NCBI GenBank assembly: GCA_000004695.1
Contig: CM000151.3
Location: 6,336,001-6,400,000, forward strand
Direction: 5' to 3'
From: Dictyostelium discoideum
Lineage: Eukaryota
Length of the DNA stretch: 64,000 nt
The notes below the pieces were generated by a model. The model saw only the letters and a program-made list of their open reading frames with translations. It was not told the origin of the DNA and did no database searches. Positions within the stretch are counted from its first letter, which is position 1, and each line of letters begins with the position of its first letter. Position numbers and translations under genes: made by a program. Positions 31,655 to 44,327 of the stretch are shown here, one piece after another.

Positions 31655-34600
31655 ATGAAAATTCAATTAATTTTAATTCTTTGTTTATTTTATTTTATAA
31701 AATTAAATAATTCACAAGCCACTATTTTTGATACATACACATGGACAGGTGATGTTGGTAATTATTCGATTGTACTAACTGGTACGGGTTTTTCAACAGA
31801 GGATAATTTTGTGAATGTTAACGGTATAGCTTCAATTTGTTCAAGACCAACAATTGTTGGTACATATCAAAGACTTGTTTGTCCTCCATCAACAATCAAT
31901 ACAAATGTAGTAGAAGGAGGAGATTTAGTAGTTTTTATGAGAACTTATATTGGTGGTCCAAATTCGAATACTCAAAATTGGAAATTATTTAAAAAAATAA
32001 CTGTTACTTTAAATGATGTTATAACAGCAGGTGGCCCAGTAACACTTAATGGACAATTTTTAAATGTTGATACATCTCTAAGAGTTAAAATTCAAGATGT
32101 AGATTGCCAAGTTTTAAGTGTAACACCTACTCAACTCCGATTTATTAGTCCACAGAAATCTTCAAGTGGTTCAAATACGTTTAGTTTAATTGTTGGTGGT
32201 TTTGAATATACAGCAAATATTAATTATGTTTATGGCACTGCACCAATTTTTGATAACAAATATTCATGGAAAACAGTTGATGGTAAAAGTGTATTGGCTC
32301 TTAGTGGTAAATATTTTTCACAATTTTCAAACAATATTATAAATGTTAATGGTAATGAATACACCGCAAGTATTACAAATGCAGCATTTGGTACTCAAAC
32401 TTCCATTAGTCTTTTAAGTGATGTTCCAACAAATTCAATAGCTGTAGGAGCATCATTCCAGGTTTCAGTTAAAGTTGGAGGACAATCATCAGATACTAAA
32501 AGTTTTAACTTTTTTAAACCTTCGGTTACTAAAACAACTTCATTATTAGATATTGGTGGTGTTGCAGTTTTCGAAGGTACATTTGGTATGGGTGAAGTTT
32601 CTTCTATTAGGTCATTAACTATTGGTTCAATAACACCAGTTATACAAACTTTAAATACGACAGCTATTAAATTCCAATATTCCAGTCAAAATGCTGGTAC
32701 ATATAATATGATTTTAAATATGGGAGGTTGTGAATCAATTACATCTATAACATATTCAACCACACCTGCACCAATTATTAGTAAATATACATGGCAACAA
32801 TCTAGTAATATTTTAAATTTATTTGGTCAATGGTTTGGTTATTATGTTTCAAATTTGGTTTATATTAATAATGGTAATGCTAATACAATTCAAACAGCTA
32901 CTCTTTCTTCTGGATATGATGTTCTTTCTTTATCACCATCTGTTTTACCTTCAATTGGTGATTCATTTACTGTTAAAGTTACAGTTAATGGTAGATCAAC
33001 AACATCAAATTTTGTTTATATTCAATCGGTTTCAATGACAACTCAATCATTAATTAAAACGGGTGGTATTGCAACATTTACAGGTTTATACACTGTTTCA
33101 AATCCAAATGTTGTATCACTTAAAATTGATGGTACTCAATGCCAAATATCAGTAATATCACCAAATTCTATTAAATTTAAATACCCTTCAAAAGCTATTG
33201 GTCAATATTCACTTTTAATTAATATTGGTGGTTTTGAATATACTACAACAGTTCAATATATAGATCCACCAACACCAACACTTTCAAATTCTTATAGATG
33301 GTCTAATACAGGAGAATTAATTTTCACTGGTACTGGAATAAGTTATGTAAATCAAAATCAATTAATTATTAATGGCGTTCCCTATGATGCTACTCTTGCA
33401 GTTGATTCTCAAGTACCAGGTTTTGATGATATTACATTTACATCTTCATCATTACCAACAACATTATTACAAGAAGACCAATTGTTTACTGTTCAAGTTT
33501 CAACAAATGGTTTGGTTTCAAACATAGTAACTTTTAACTTTATAAAAAAGATTATAATGAATGTTACTGATATCTATAGTATTTCTGGATATAAAGGTAG
33601 TGCTTATACAAATTTCACTGGTACATTTGGTACATCAAATACATCGATCGTATCATTAACTATTGATAATGTTCCATGCACAATTTATTCAATTTCACCA
33701 ACATCAATTGTTTTTTCAAATAATTTTAATATTAATTTAGGAAATTGTATTTTATTATTAAACATTGGAGGATTAGTTTATTCAACATCAATCAATGTTG
33801 TTGTGGTACCAAATCCAAAACTTTTAACAACTTATAATTGGATTTCAAATGATAATATGGTATTTTATGGTTCAACATTTTGTCATAATGCAGAAAATAT
33901 AGCTAATATTAATGGTGTAGGGTATGGAACATCATACGCCTATTCAATCAATGGTATTGATCAAATTTATTTTGATGTTAACCTTTTAATTTCATCATTA
34001 ACCATTGGTCAACCATTCACTGTTAAAGTTCATTCTGGTGTTGGATATTCAAATTTAGTTTCGTTTTTATATATAAAATCAATTTCAATCAATACTGTTG
34101 GTATTTATAATATTGATGGACTTGGAAGTTTATCTACAATTTTTTATGGCTCATTTAGTACATCAGATAGTAATTTTGTTTCATTATATATTGGAGAAGT
34201 TGAATGCACTATTAATTCAATTAGTCCAACTTTAATAAATTTTTCACACACTTCAAATTTTAAATTAGGTTCAAATGATTTACATATAAATATTGGAGGA
34301 TTTGAATATACTACAACAGTTTATGTTATGTCTGCACCAACCCCAATACTTTTAAATAGTTATTATTGGTCAGAGGATGATAATTTAATATTAAAAGGTT
34401 CAACATTTAATTATAAATCACAAAATAAAGTTAATATTAATAGTGTTGATTTTAATTCACCACCAGCTTTTTCAAATAATAGTATTGATCAAATTAAATT
34501 TAATGATAATTCAACAACTTCATCATTAACCATCGGTCAATCATTCACAGTTTATGTTAATAATGGTTTTGAAAATTCAAATTCAATAACATTTATATAT

Positions 34601-35215
34601 TTAAAATCAATTTCAATTAATACCCAAAGTTTAAATAATACTGGTGGTGATGCTACATTCTCTGGTGATTTTTATGTTTCAGATACATCTTTGGTTTCAC
34701 TTTTAATTGATAATGTTGACGTTCAAGTTACTCATATCTCTCCAAATAATATTTCATTCCAATATCCTGCAAAATCTAATGGTGAATATAATTTGTTTAT
34801 AAATATTGGTGGATTTGAATATTTAACAACTCTACAATATGTTACAAAACCAACCCCATCTCCTTCACAAACATCAGATTCTCAAACAACCGGATCTCAA
34901 ACAGCTGGAACTCAAACAACAGGTACCCAAACAACAACCACCCAAACAACGGGTACCCAAACAACAGGTACTCAAACAACAGGTACCCAAACAACAGGTA
35001 CCCAAACAACAGGTACTCAAACCACAGGTACTCAAACCACAGGTACCCAAACCACAGGTATTCAAACAACAGGTACCCAAACAACAGGCACACAAACATC
35101 TAGCAAACCAGATGAACCATCTGATGAAGAACACTTATCAGTTTCTTTTAAATTACCAATTTCGTTTATTTTAACACAATTCTCATTGTTTTTATTATTA
35201 TTGTTATTATTATAG
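31655..35215 (+). CDS. Secreted, probably GPI-anchored cell-surface glycoprotein with about 9 IPT/TIG-like repeats of about 100 aa and a mucin-like (TTGTQ)n stalk; 1186 aa
   Basis: The N-terminal signal peptide is MKIQLILILCLFYFIKLNNSQA. A repeat unit recurs with the motifs ..SP.SI.F.YPSKA.G.Y.L.INIGGFEYTTTVQY. and ..FTVKV..NG. The C-terminal Thr/Gln-rich stalk is encoded by 18-bp repeats. A hydrophobic tail, LPISFILTQFSLFLLLLLLL, is consistent with a GPI signal. Confidence 0.6.
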   Translation: MKIQLILILCLFYFIKLNNSQATIFDTYTWTGDVGNYSIVLTGTGFSTEDNFVNVNGIASICSRPTIVGTYQRLVCPPSTINTNVVEGGDLVVFMRTYIGGPNSNTQNWKLFKKITVTLNDVITAGGPVTLNGQFLNVDTSLRVKIQDVDCQVLSVTPTQLRFISPQKSSSGSNTFSLIVGGFEYTANINYVYGTAPIFDNKYSWKTVDGKSVLALSGKYFSQFSNNIINVNGNEYTASITNAAFGTQTSISLLSDVPTNSIAVGASFQVSVKVGGQSSDTKSFNFFKPSVTKTTSLLDIGGVAVFEGTFGMGEVSSIRSLTIGSITPVIQTLNTTAIKFQYSSQNAGTYNMILNMGGCESITSITYSTTPAPIISKYTWQQSSNILNLFGQWFGYYVSNLVYINNGNANTIQTATLSSGYDVLSLSPSVLPSIGDSFTVKVTVNGRSTTSNFVYIQSVSMTTQSLIKTGGIATFTGLYTVSNPNVVSLKIDGTQCQISVISPNSIKFKYPSKAIGQYSLLINIGGFEYTTTVQYIDPPTPTLSNSYRWSNTGELIFTGTGISYVNQNQLIINGVPYDATLAVDSQVPGFDDITFTSSSLPTTLLQEDQLFTVQVSTNGLVSNIVTFNFIKKIIMNVTDIYSISGYKGSAYTNFTGTFGTSNTSIVSLTIDNVPCTIYSISPTSIVFSNNFNINLGNCILLLNIGGLVYSTSINVVVVPNPKLLTTYNWISNDNMVFYGSTFCHNAENIANINGVGYGTSYAYSINGIDQIYFDVNLLISSLTIGQPFTVKVHSGVGYSNLVSFLYIKSISINTVGIYNIDGLGSLSTIFYGSFSTSDSNFVSLYIGEVECTINSISPTLINFSHTSNFKLGSNDLHINIGGFEYTTTVYVMSAPTPILLNSYYWSEDDNLILKGSTFNYKSQNKVNINSVDFNSPPAFSNNSIDQIKFNDNSTTSSLTIGQSFTVYVNNGFENSNSITFIYLKSISINTQSLNNTGGDATFSGDFYVSDTSLVSLLIDNVDVQVTHISPNNISFQYPAKSNGEYNLFINIGGFEYLTTLQYVTKPTPSPSQTSDSQTTGSQTAGTQTTGTQTTTTQTTGTQTTGTQTTGTQTTGTQTTGTQTTGTQTTGTQTTGIQTTGTQTTGTQTSSKPDEPSDEEHLSVSFKLPISFILTQFSLFLLLLLLL
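34858..35100 (+). repeat. 18-bp tandem coding repeat (acaggtacccaaacaaca, about 13 units) encoding (TTGTQT)n
   Basis: Direct reading of the sequence. Both alternative frames are also open, producing the spurious track ORFs 34839..35174 (+), 34842..35099 (-) and 34874..35134 (-). Confidence 0.8.
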
Positions 35216-35454
35216 TAAATAAAAATTTATTTTTGTTTAAAATTTAATCTATCAATTTAAAATGCTTAAATTGGATGATTATAAAATAGTTGTTCATTTT
35301 TATAAAAGTAATTGAACGTTTTAATTTTTTTTTTTTTTTTTTTGTAATTAAATATTAATTAATATTAACTCACCACAATAAAAATATATATTCGAATAAA
35401 ATAAATAAATAAATAAATTTTATTTTTATATATACATTAATTTAATAGAATTCC

Positions 35455-35486
<32 letters not shown>

Positions 35487-35492
<6 letters not shown>

Positions 35493-36986
35493 AAAGAAAA
35501 TAAAATTTATAAATATAATCAAAATTATTAAATTGAAACCAAAATTAATAATTGGAGAATTACTTGGGTTTTCACCAGAATCAGGACCTTGATAATCCAA
35601 GTAAACGAATTGTGGAGTTGAATCAATAGTGAGTTTAACTTTATTATTACTTGATGAGATGGTTTGTTTTATATTTTGATAGTTGTAAACAGAAGCGAAA
35701 TCTGCATCCAATTCGATTTCAATCGGGGTTGTATCTTCATCAGTTTTAAAGTTTGTAGAGTTTACCCAAATTAAATAACATGTTGAGCTTGGATTGCTAT
35801 ATGCATAAACAATGACACCACTTGGTAAACCTTTAAGAGATTTTGAAGAATCTAATGTTTTATCAAACAAATGGTGATCCCAAGTAACTAAAGATTTAGA
35901 GGAATCTTTAAGAACTGCTTTATCCTTTGCAAGTGTTTGATAGTCATAGAATAAACCCATATTTGAAAAAGCATCGGTACCAGAATTTGTATCACCCAAT
36001 ATAAAGATATGATTTTGACATACTCCTACCAATGTTGAAATAGTTGGTAATTTTAAGAAATAATTACGAGCCAAAGCAGAACTACCATAATAACCAGTAC
36101 CAGATTTAGTTGCAACACCAGTTTCAGTTACTATCCAAACTGATGGATTGAAGTTATATTTATTTGTTACTTTTCTGAAACTATTTTGTAAATCGGTATA
36201 TGCCAATAAGTATGCATCGGAATTTGTTTTTGAAGTACCATACATTGGATAGAAATGAGTTGAAATTGCATCAATATAATTCTTTCCAAATAAGGATGGA
36301 TTGGTTACAGAAGAGTTTTCACCATATCTTAATACAGCATCCAAGAATAATGGGTAACCTAAACCTCCGACAGTAATGAAACAAGTTGGATCAATTGATT
36401 TTGCAACTTCCCATGATATTCTTAATAAACGAACATATGTAAAAATATCACCTTGGAATCTTGCCAATTGGGCATTACTTGGTGGATTAGTTGCCCATGT
36501 TGAAACTACATTCCAATCGGAAACCCAATCTGGTTCATTATAGATTTCATAGATTTTAATATCACTCTTGTAAGTTGATACAATTTGTGATACACAATAT
36601 GCAAATTCATTAGCTTGATTGACTTTACCATTATCTAGCCAAATTGGTTGATAAATACTTGAAGGTACTGCTGAATCATCATTTTGATCAAAAGTTATAA
36701 ATGCTGTGAAATTACTTTGACCTGCTCTTTTTGAACTACCAAAACTATCATTATCATAAAGAATTTTATATCCCCATTGTTTGAAAAATGTGCATGGGAA
36801 TTTCATTCTTTGAGAACGAATTGATGCTTCCCCCATCAATGGTCCTAAATCTGAATTTGACCATCCACTTTTATATCCTGCATTTATACCATTTAAATAT
36901 TGTGGCCCATTATATGTACCACTTTCTGATAATACTATATTTATAAATAATATTGATAATAATAATAATATTTTTAAATTTTTCAT
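35487..36986 (-). CDS. Secreted/GPI-anchored glycoside hydrolase, GH5-like (499 aa)
   Basis: The signal peptide is MKNLKILLLLSILFINIVLS. The motif IKIYEIYNEPDW has the NEP catalytic-acid signature of clan GH-A / GH5. The C-terminus has Ser-rich omega-site candidates followed by a hydrophobic tail, NFGFNLIILIIFINFIFFI. Family assignment is tentative. Confidence 0.5.
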
Positions 36987-37138
36987 TTTAAATCAAAAAA
37001 AAAAAAAACAAAACAAACAAAACAAAACAAATAAAATTATTGGTTTATGCTGAAAAAAAAAAAATAATAAAAAAAATAAAATTTTTTTTTTTTTTTTATT
37101 TGGAAAATGGTGATTGGTAGATTTGTATAAAAGATATT

Positions 37139-37175
<37 letters not shown>

Positions 37176-37736
37176 ATTTTTATTTTTTTTAAAGCAAAAA
37201 ATAATAATTTATTTGAAAATAAAAAATCTTTGCCAAAGGGTTTTACAATAATTTTGTTGTAATATTTTTTTTTTAACTTCCCTGTATCTAGCGTTCTTAA
37301 ATAAAATCTATTCTTTATTTTTTTTTTTTTTTTTTTTTTTTATAGTGATTAAATTTGATTTTATGAAAATAAAAATTTTATGGGGTGAGGACCTTTACAT
37401 TAAAAAAAGTTGGGCAGGCCTTAACTAAAATCCATTCAATTTTTATCTTATTATATACCAATATAAAATGTTTATTATTTGTGGGTTCAAAAAAAAAAAA
37501 AAAAAAAAAAATAATAATCAAAAATAAATCAGGTTCTCAAAGAGATATAAATTCTTCATTAATAATTTAATCTTTTAAAATTTTAAATAATAAAAATAAA
37601 CATCTATTTTTGCTAAAGACCTAAATCTAGATCTTGTAAATATTTGATATCTAAAAAAAAAAAAAAAAAGAGATACTCGTTTGTTGGGTCGGGTTTTTAT
37701 TATTCATTTTTTATTATTATTTATATACACATTCAA

Positions 37737-39785
37737 TTAACCAAGAGGATCTAAAAAACTTTGAATCAATGAATCACCATTAATTAATTTTGTTGTTAAA
37801 ATAATAAACTTCTTATTAGTTTGTTTACCCAAAAATCTTAAAGCTGAAATTTCTGAAAAAGTAACACCACCAACAAAAAATACCATTGAAACACCTGATT
37901 TTTCTATTGAATTTATATTATTACTATTATTTGTAACATCAGTATTTAATGTACCAGGAGAACCACTTGACGAAATTGGTGTATTATTACTATTTGTATT
38001 ATTATTTATATTATTTATATTATTATTATTATTATTATTTATATTATGATTATTATTATTATCATCATCATAATCATAATTTTCATTTTCATCATTATTT
38101 AAAGAAAGTGATGCAATTGAAGGCGCAGAACCAGAATGAACTATACCACTACCATTATTATTATTATTATTATTTAAAAAGAATAATTGATTTTCATCAA
38201 AAATTGGACCAGGTAATAATTTTAAAGTATTTTCAATTGATTTCCAACCAGTTTTAGAAGATGGTAAAGAATATTGAACCAATCTAATTAATAGTGGAGC
38301 ATAACCAGAGTAAACGTAAGAGAAATCAGAAGGATCAATTTCATTGACATCATCAATTATTAAATTTAAATCCTCTTTAATTTGTTGAAAATTACCAATT
38401 GGTTTTGAATCTGATTTTCTAATTTGAATAAGACCAACTTTTTCAAGTTGTGATAATTGAATTAACCATTCTATGCCATAGTTTGAGATGATTTTAGATT
38501 TAATGAATTCATAATCATTCAATGGTAAACCATTATTAGTTAAACTATACAATGATAATAATCTAAGTACTTTTAAAATTGGATCTTTAATAGTGATACA
38601 TTCTTGAATATATCTATCGGCTAAATAAATATCATCTGAACCTAATAATAACTTTTGTTCACAATCTAATCTATTTTGAAAATAAGTTGATGCAGTAATT
38701 TCATGAATTTTCTCTGCAATTCCAACATGAACATGTAAACAAAATTCCTCTTGCTTACTAGAGTTTACACGTTTCATTAAATCACGTAATGCTGTTAAAC
38801 TTTCTGATCCAGTTAATTGTTTCTTTTCATCATAATATTGTTGTTTAGCTTTTGAATTTAATACACCACCTGGTCCCATTAAACTTGAAAAATTCATATC
38901 TCTAACTTGTGAAAATATTTTATCACCACTATGTAATGGAAATGATGATTTTTTATTATAATACATTGATCCACTATTATTATTATTATTTCTTTTATTA
39001 TTTTGATTATTATTTTGATTATTATTTTGTTGTGATGAAATACTATCATTTAAAATTTGACTATCAATTAATAAAATATTATTATTAATTGAAAAATATT
39101 CATCAATTAAACCTTCATATGTTAGAGGTGTACATAATGGTGTAATTAAATCAATATCACGATCAATAAACATAATTGAATCAATTTCTTTTGAAATTTC
39201 TAAAGATCTAATTGAATTTTGATTATTTTGATTTAAATCTCTTTGTTTTTCATTTCTAAGTCTTGATAGAGTTTCAACGATTAGCTTTGAAACTTTACCT
39301 TTACCTTTAATTGTTGGAATTAAACCAAATATCGATTGAAGTTTCATTACTGATTTTGATATATCATATGCAATCGATTTATTATTCTCCATTAAATATT
39401 CTCTATAGGAATTTGGTGATTCAAATGATAGTACATCATTATCCAATGGTATTAAATCCATTGACATTGATGTAATCGTTGAAAAATTACCATAAACACC
39501 TTGTTCCTCTAATATTGAATCACAAATTGGATCTACTTTTGGTATATAAATCATTGAATAATTCTTTTTAACATAATCATATAAATGACCTCTAATATGT
39601 TCTGATATGAAATTCATATACTTTACATTTGGTCTAATTAAATAAATTATGTTCTTTGATTCAGTTTCTAATTTACCTGATTTTAATTCATAAATTTTAT
39701 CAATACCATTTTGTTTTAAAAATATTGGATCTAAAAATAAATTCATTAATCCAATAATTTTTGAATCAATAATTAATGATGTTAA

Positions 39786-39859
<74 letters not shown>

Positions 39860-40313
39860 TACTAATATTATTATTATTTAAAATATTATTATAATTTGTA
39901 CTATTTTGATTATTATTATTTTGATTATTTTGAGATGATAAATTTGGTGATAAATTTGGAGGTGTTGAATTATTAATTAAATTTAAATTATTAATTAATG
40001 ATTGTTCATTCCTTATAAAATCTAATGCATCAATAAAATTTAATTTATATTGTTCTCTTAATGGTTCAAAATTTAATATTGATGATACATCTGTAGTTTG
40101 ACTTAAAATAGTTGGTTTTGGTTGTACATTATTTGCATTTACATTTGGGTTATTATTTAATGGTACTGTTTTTCTATTAAAAAGATTATTAACGACACCA
40201 TTAATACCACTACTCTCTCTTTTCTCTTCACTTGTATTAATACTTTCTTTATTATTTTGACTATTTTGATTATTATTACTATTAATAATTGGTTTTTTTA
40301 ATTTATTAAACAT
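37737..40313 (-). CDS. Sec1/Munc18-family protein, best match Vps33-like (858 aa with poly-N insertions)
   Basis: The C-terminal signature MVFFVGGVTFSEISALRFLGKQTNKKFIILTTKLINGDSLIQSFL matches the Sec1-family terminal motif. VPS33 has FVGGCTFSEIAALRFL at this position. An N-terminal NGIDKIYELK..NIIYLIRP block is also present. Several (ATT)n/(AAT)n-encoded poly-N loops are inserted. Confidence 0.55.
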
Positions 40314-40611
40314 TTTTTTTTTTTTTTTTTAATAATAAACCATTGATTATTTATTATCTTAATTGAGTGGTGGATTTATTTATAAATTTTTTTATTATTT
40401 TTTTTTTTTTCAGTGAATGAATTGTTTTGTTTTGTCAAAATTAAAAAAAAAAAAAAAAACAAAAGTTTTAAAAAAACTGTTGCTGATTATAAATTTTTAC
40501 TTGATTTTTCAATCAAAAAAAAAAAAAAAATTAAAAAAAATAAAAAAATAAAAAAAAAAAAGATATTTTAATTTTTGTTTTATTTTTATTTTTATTTTTT
40601 TATATTTTTGA

Positions 40612-41820
40612 TCACTTTCCTTCAAATTCAATAAAATGTTCGAAAAATGGTGGTAATGAAGAAGGAAATTTAATAGTTGGAGTAATTTCCCAATATGAAC
40701 AAACTCTAGGTGAAGAAGGATGATATTGAAAACATTTCATTTCATTATGACAAGTATCATCTTCACATGATTCAAATTCACATTGTTGACTTGTAGTATT
40801 ACAAAATTGATTGGATAAACATGTACCACCGAAACAAATGGGTGTATTATTTATACTTTGCAAATTTCTTTCAAATTCTATACAAACACCACTCCAACCG
40901 AACTTTCTACAAATCCAACCAGTTGGACAATTACCACATTCAAATATTTCATTAAAGAAATTAAATGATCCATATGGTATACATAATGCACTATTTAATG
41001 GATTATACGTTGAACATTCAAAACCGCTTGGACAACTATTATTTGATAATTCACATGAAACAGTTTGATTTGTTCTTTCAACTATAATTTCACCACTACC
41101 ATTATTATTATTATTACTATTATTATTGATTAAAACAGTTGTAGTTGTTAAATTCTCTATAACTTTAAAACATGATACTATACCAACTCCAATAAGTGGT
41201 AAACATTCAGTACCAACATCACATTGAACTATATCGCAACTAGTGGGTAGACATGTTTTGACATCGTTCACCATCCTACAAACATATCCATCAACACATG
41301 GTAAATCACATCTTGTTCTTCCAAATATTATTTTACTATTTATACTCTTTAAAAAATTGGTACAAACTGGTTCAGGTTGACAACATAATGATTCAGGTTC
41401 TTCACAATCTGCCACTGATTCATAAATACAATCAAATCCTTTACTTTCACAATTTAATTCTTTACAAGTTATATTTGGTATTGGTATAATTTCGTAACCT
41501 GGTATTTCATTAATATCACCCCATAGTTCATAGAATACACCAGTTTGAAGATTTCTTAAACAATTTTGAATCTCTAATTTTTTATTACTTATATAACCAA
41601 TTACTGTATCGATTTCTAAACATAATGAAACTTGTCCTGGACAACAACTTGTTAAAATTAATGACATACACATTGGATATGCCGCTAAACATAATTCTGA
41701 TGATAATGTTTCACATCCTGTTAAACAATTAATTTTTGATTTATTTTCAATCTCTATTATTATTAATATTATTATTATTATATATTTTATTATTTTAAAT
41801 TGTTTATTTATATTTATTTT

Positions 41821-41823
<3 letters not shown>
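40612..41823 (-). CDS. Secreted cysteine-rich protein (about 400 aa, more than 50 Cys; EGF-like or extracellular-matrix-like)
   Basis: The track ORF starts at 41892 inside a poly(T) tract, which would give a poly-K leader. The more plausible start is the Met of MKININKQFKIIKYIIIIILIIIEI, which is a signal-like hydrophobic segment. The rest is a Cys-rich ectodomain with repeated C..C..C spacing. No transmembrane segment is seen. Confidence 0.45.
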
Positions 41824-41864
<41 letters not shown>

Positions 41865-42089
41865 TTTTTTGTTTTTTTATTTCAGATTCCATATATGGAA
41901 CAAGAAATAAATAAATAAAAATGACTATATATGGTTTAAATTTGAATTTGAATATTTATGTTTTTTATTTGGTCAAACCGTATAAAATAACAACAATATA
42001 CCATTATTTTTAACAGCTAAAATATTAATGAATGGTGAAATCATATTAATATTAATATTATTGTTGTTATGTCGCACCACACACCCCCC

Positions 42090-42147
<58 letters not shown>

Positions 42148-42352
42148 AAAAAAAACAAAAAAAAATAAATTAATATATAAATAAAAATAATAAAAAGGAA
42201 TACCTTAACCCATGGGAATATATTATAATAAATTAATTATTATGATAAAAGATTTGGATTTTTTAAAATAAATTCTAACATCGAAATATAAATATACTGT
42301 AAAGCCAATATAATAAATTTACATATTATTGTGTCTTTACTTAAAGTTGTGT

Positions 42353-42456
42353 GATTAATAATTTTATTAAACTCTTTTTTTTATTCTTATTTTTTTATTA
42401 TTATTATTATTATATTATTATTATTATTATATTATTATTATTATTATTATTGTTAT

Positions 42457-42494
<38 letters not shown>

Positions 42495-43259
42495 AGTAGT
42501 TGGTGTTATATGAGCAGTATGGTCTGAAGTGTTCCGGGATGTTTATGGTCATGAGTTTCGAGTTCCAGTTGTAGTGTTATCGTTGAATTTTATTTGGTTT
42601 CTTCTGTACCATATCGATTCCATAATGGCTCCTATAAGATTTGATGAGAATGGTGTGAGTAGTTTTCCGAGAACTTTTTCGCTCCATGGACCGCGGTAAG
42701 TGTTGTTAGAGTCTTTACAGACCTTTTGATAGATTGAGTCGATATCCTGTTTTATTGATTTGCATTCGAAGAAGATGTGCATAGACGACTCTTCTTCTTT
42801 ACATGAGTGGCAATTCTCCCCATGGTGTTTTGGAAGTGCCTTGAGTAGATACCTCCATGCTAAGTCTCTTCCTTTGATAGTTGTGATTGATCTGGCTTCT
42901 CTAAATGGTAGAATTGGGTGATTAATGTTCTTTTGAATCAGTTTTTGACCTGTTGTTGGCTGGTGTTTGTTCCATCCCTTGTATTTGATATCCATCATGT
43001 TTCTATAGATTACTTTTAATTTTTGTTTGTTTTTGTATTTGGGTTTGACTTGGTTTAGTTTGAGAGTTATTCGCTCTCTTGGGTGGTGCAACAACTTCCA
43101 GGCTTTCCAGCATTTGATGTGAATCCTTGATAGTGAGTTTTCTTTTTCCGACTTCCAGACTTCCATATGTGGAGGGCAGTTCTGGTCGTCTTTTTCTCTG
43201 AAGTATTGTTCGTATATCCATGCTTTCTGGGCATTGGATCTGGTTGCCATATTCCAGAG
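42353..43259 (-). mobile_element. TRE5-A copy, 5'-truncated within ORF2, with an internal deletion of about 185 bp near the ORF2 3' end. Poly(T) at 42455..42490 is the oligo(A) tail. Upstream (AAT/TAA)n C-module tail at 42361..42454.
   Basis: The fragment is more than 95% identical to the 3' region of the full-length TRE5-A at 44455..45560. The track ORF 42549..43250 is near-identical to ORF2 residues MATRSNAQKAWIYEQY..IWYRRNQIKFNDNTT. The 185 bp between ccagttgtg| and |gtagtgttatcg in the full copy are missing here. Homology ends at ..ccatattccagag (43259), 45 bp before tRNA-Ser. Confidence 0.7.
42549..43250 (-). pseudogene. TRE5-A ORF2 C-terminal fragment (233 aa)
   Basis: Direct protein identity to the C-terminal region of the 1182-aa ORF2 at 44617..48165. 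A different C-terminus, ..NDNTTTGTRNS*, is created by the internal deletion. Confidence 0.7.
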
Positions 43260-43304
43260 ATAAAATTTTATTTATTTAAATATTTATTCTTAAAAAACAT
43301 CAAA

Positions 43305-43386
43305 GACATCGTAGCAAAGTGGTCTAATGCGTCTGACTAGAAATCAGATCCCTTCGGGGGCGCAGGTTCGAACCCTGCCGATGTCG
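43305..43386 (+). tRNA. tRNA-Ser (anticodon AGA), 82 nt with a long variable arm
   Basis: The sequence is GACATCGTAGCAAAGTGGTCTAATGCGTCTGACTAGAAATCAGATCCCTTCGGGGGCGCAGGTTCGAACCCTGCCGATGTCG. The 7-bp acceptor stem is GACATCG/CGATGTC. The anticodon stem is TCTGA/TCAGA with loop CTAGAAA. The long variable arm TCCCTTCGGGGGC is typical of class II tRNAs. The T-arm is GCAGG-TTCGAAC-CCTGC. Confidence 0.8.
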
Positions 43387-43478
43387 ACTATATCTTTTAT
43401 CCTTAATCCAATTTTTTTAATCAAGATATTGTTAATACCGCTTTTAGGTAAAAAAAAAAAAAATCAAGATATTGTTAC

Positions 43479-44044
43479 ATACCATCCATCTTCCAACATA
43501 TCAACCACATATCACATCAAAAAGGTAGAAATACACTATTCAGATTTTTCTCAAGGTCACTTCCTGGAATCAACTATGAACGTAACGTACCATGCAAAAT
43601 CTGTAACAATATAATCCGTGACCCATACACTCACCTTTTTATAGACTGTATGCAAGTAAAAGAAATAGAAAACATAATAATTTCAACATTCAACAATCTC
43701 TCATTATTCAAGATCAGAAATTGGGATCTCAATTCACTAGATATTAGCAAAACAAATAAAAAAGAAAGAATCTACCCAAATTTAATCGGCATAATTATAC
43801 ATCAACTATGGAGAATAATTTGTCACAAACTATTCAATCAAGACGAATCTAAATCTCCACCCTCATTTGATCCAACATTAATTGAAAAAGAACTAACCAA
43901 CTTAATTAAAATAGAGAAATTCATTTTAATAAAGAAGATCGAAAGGAATGAAACAATATACAAATTAAATAACAGAGACCAATTAATAATCAACTTCAAC
44001 ACATCATGGCATAACCCGAACACTCCAAACCCAATTCCATTATA

Positions 44045-44080
<36 letters not shown>

Positions 44081-44085
44081 AAGTA
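43479..44085 (+). mobile_element. TRE3-like non-LTR retrotransposon, 5'-truncated copy ending in oligo(A) at 44048..44083, about 90 bp downstream of tRNA-Ser
   Basis: It encodes the ORF2 C-terminus ..HQKGRNTLFRFFSRSLPGINYERNVPCKICNNIIRDPYTHLFIDC..LIGIIIHQLWRIICHKLFNQDESK..NPIPL*. This is homologous to the minus-strand fragment at 27456..28367 and to the inverted piece at 27238..27420. A poly(A) tail is present. A short direct repeat, atcaagatattgtta, flanks the upstream side. Confidence 0.6.
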
Positions 44086-44186
44086 GTAGTAATCATAATA
44101 TAACCAAAAATATCAACATATAACAATATAAAAATTTAAAAATTTAAAAATCTAAAAATTTAAAAATGTAATAAAATATAACAATA

Positions 44187-44283
44187 TACCGCTTTTAGGT
44201 AAAAAAAAAAAAAATCAAGATATTGTTACACCGCTTTTAGGTAAAAAAAAAAAATAATCAAGATATTGTTTACACCGCTTTTA

Positions 44284-44327
<44 letters not shown>

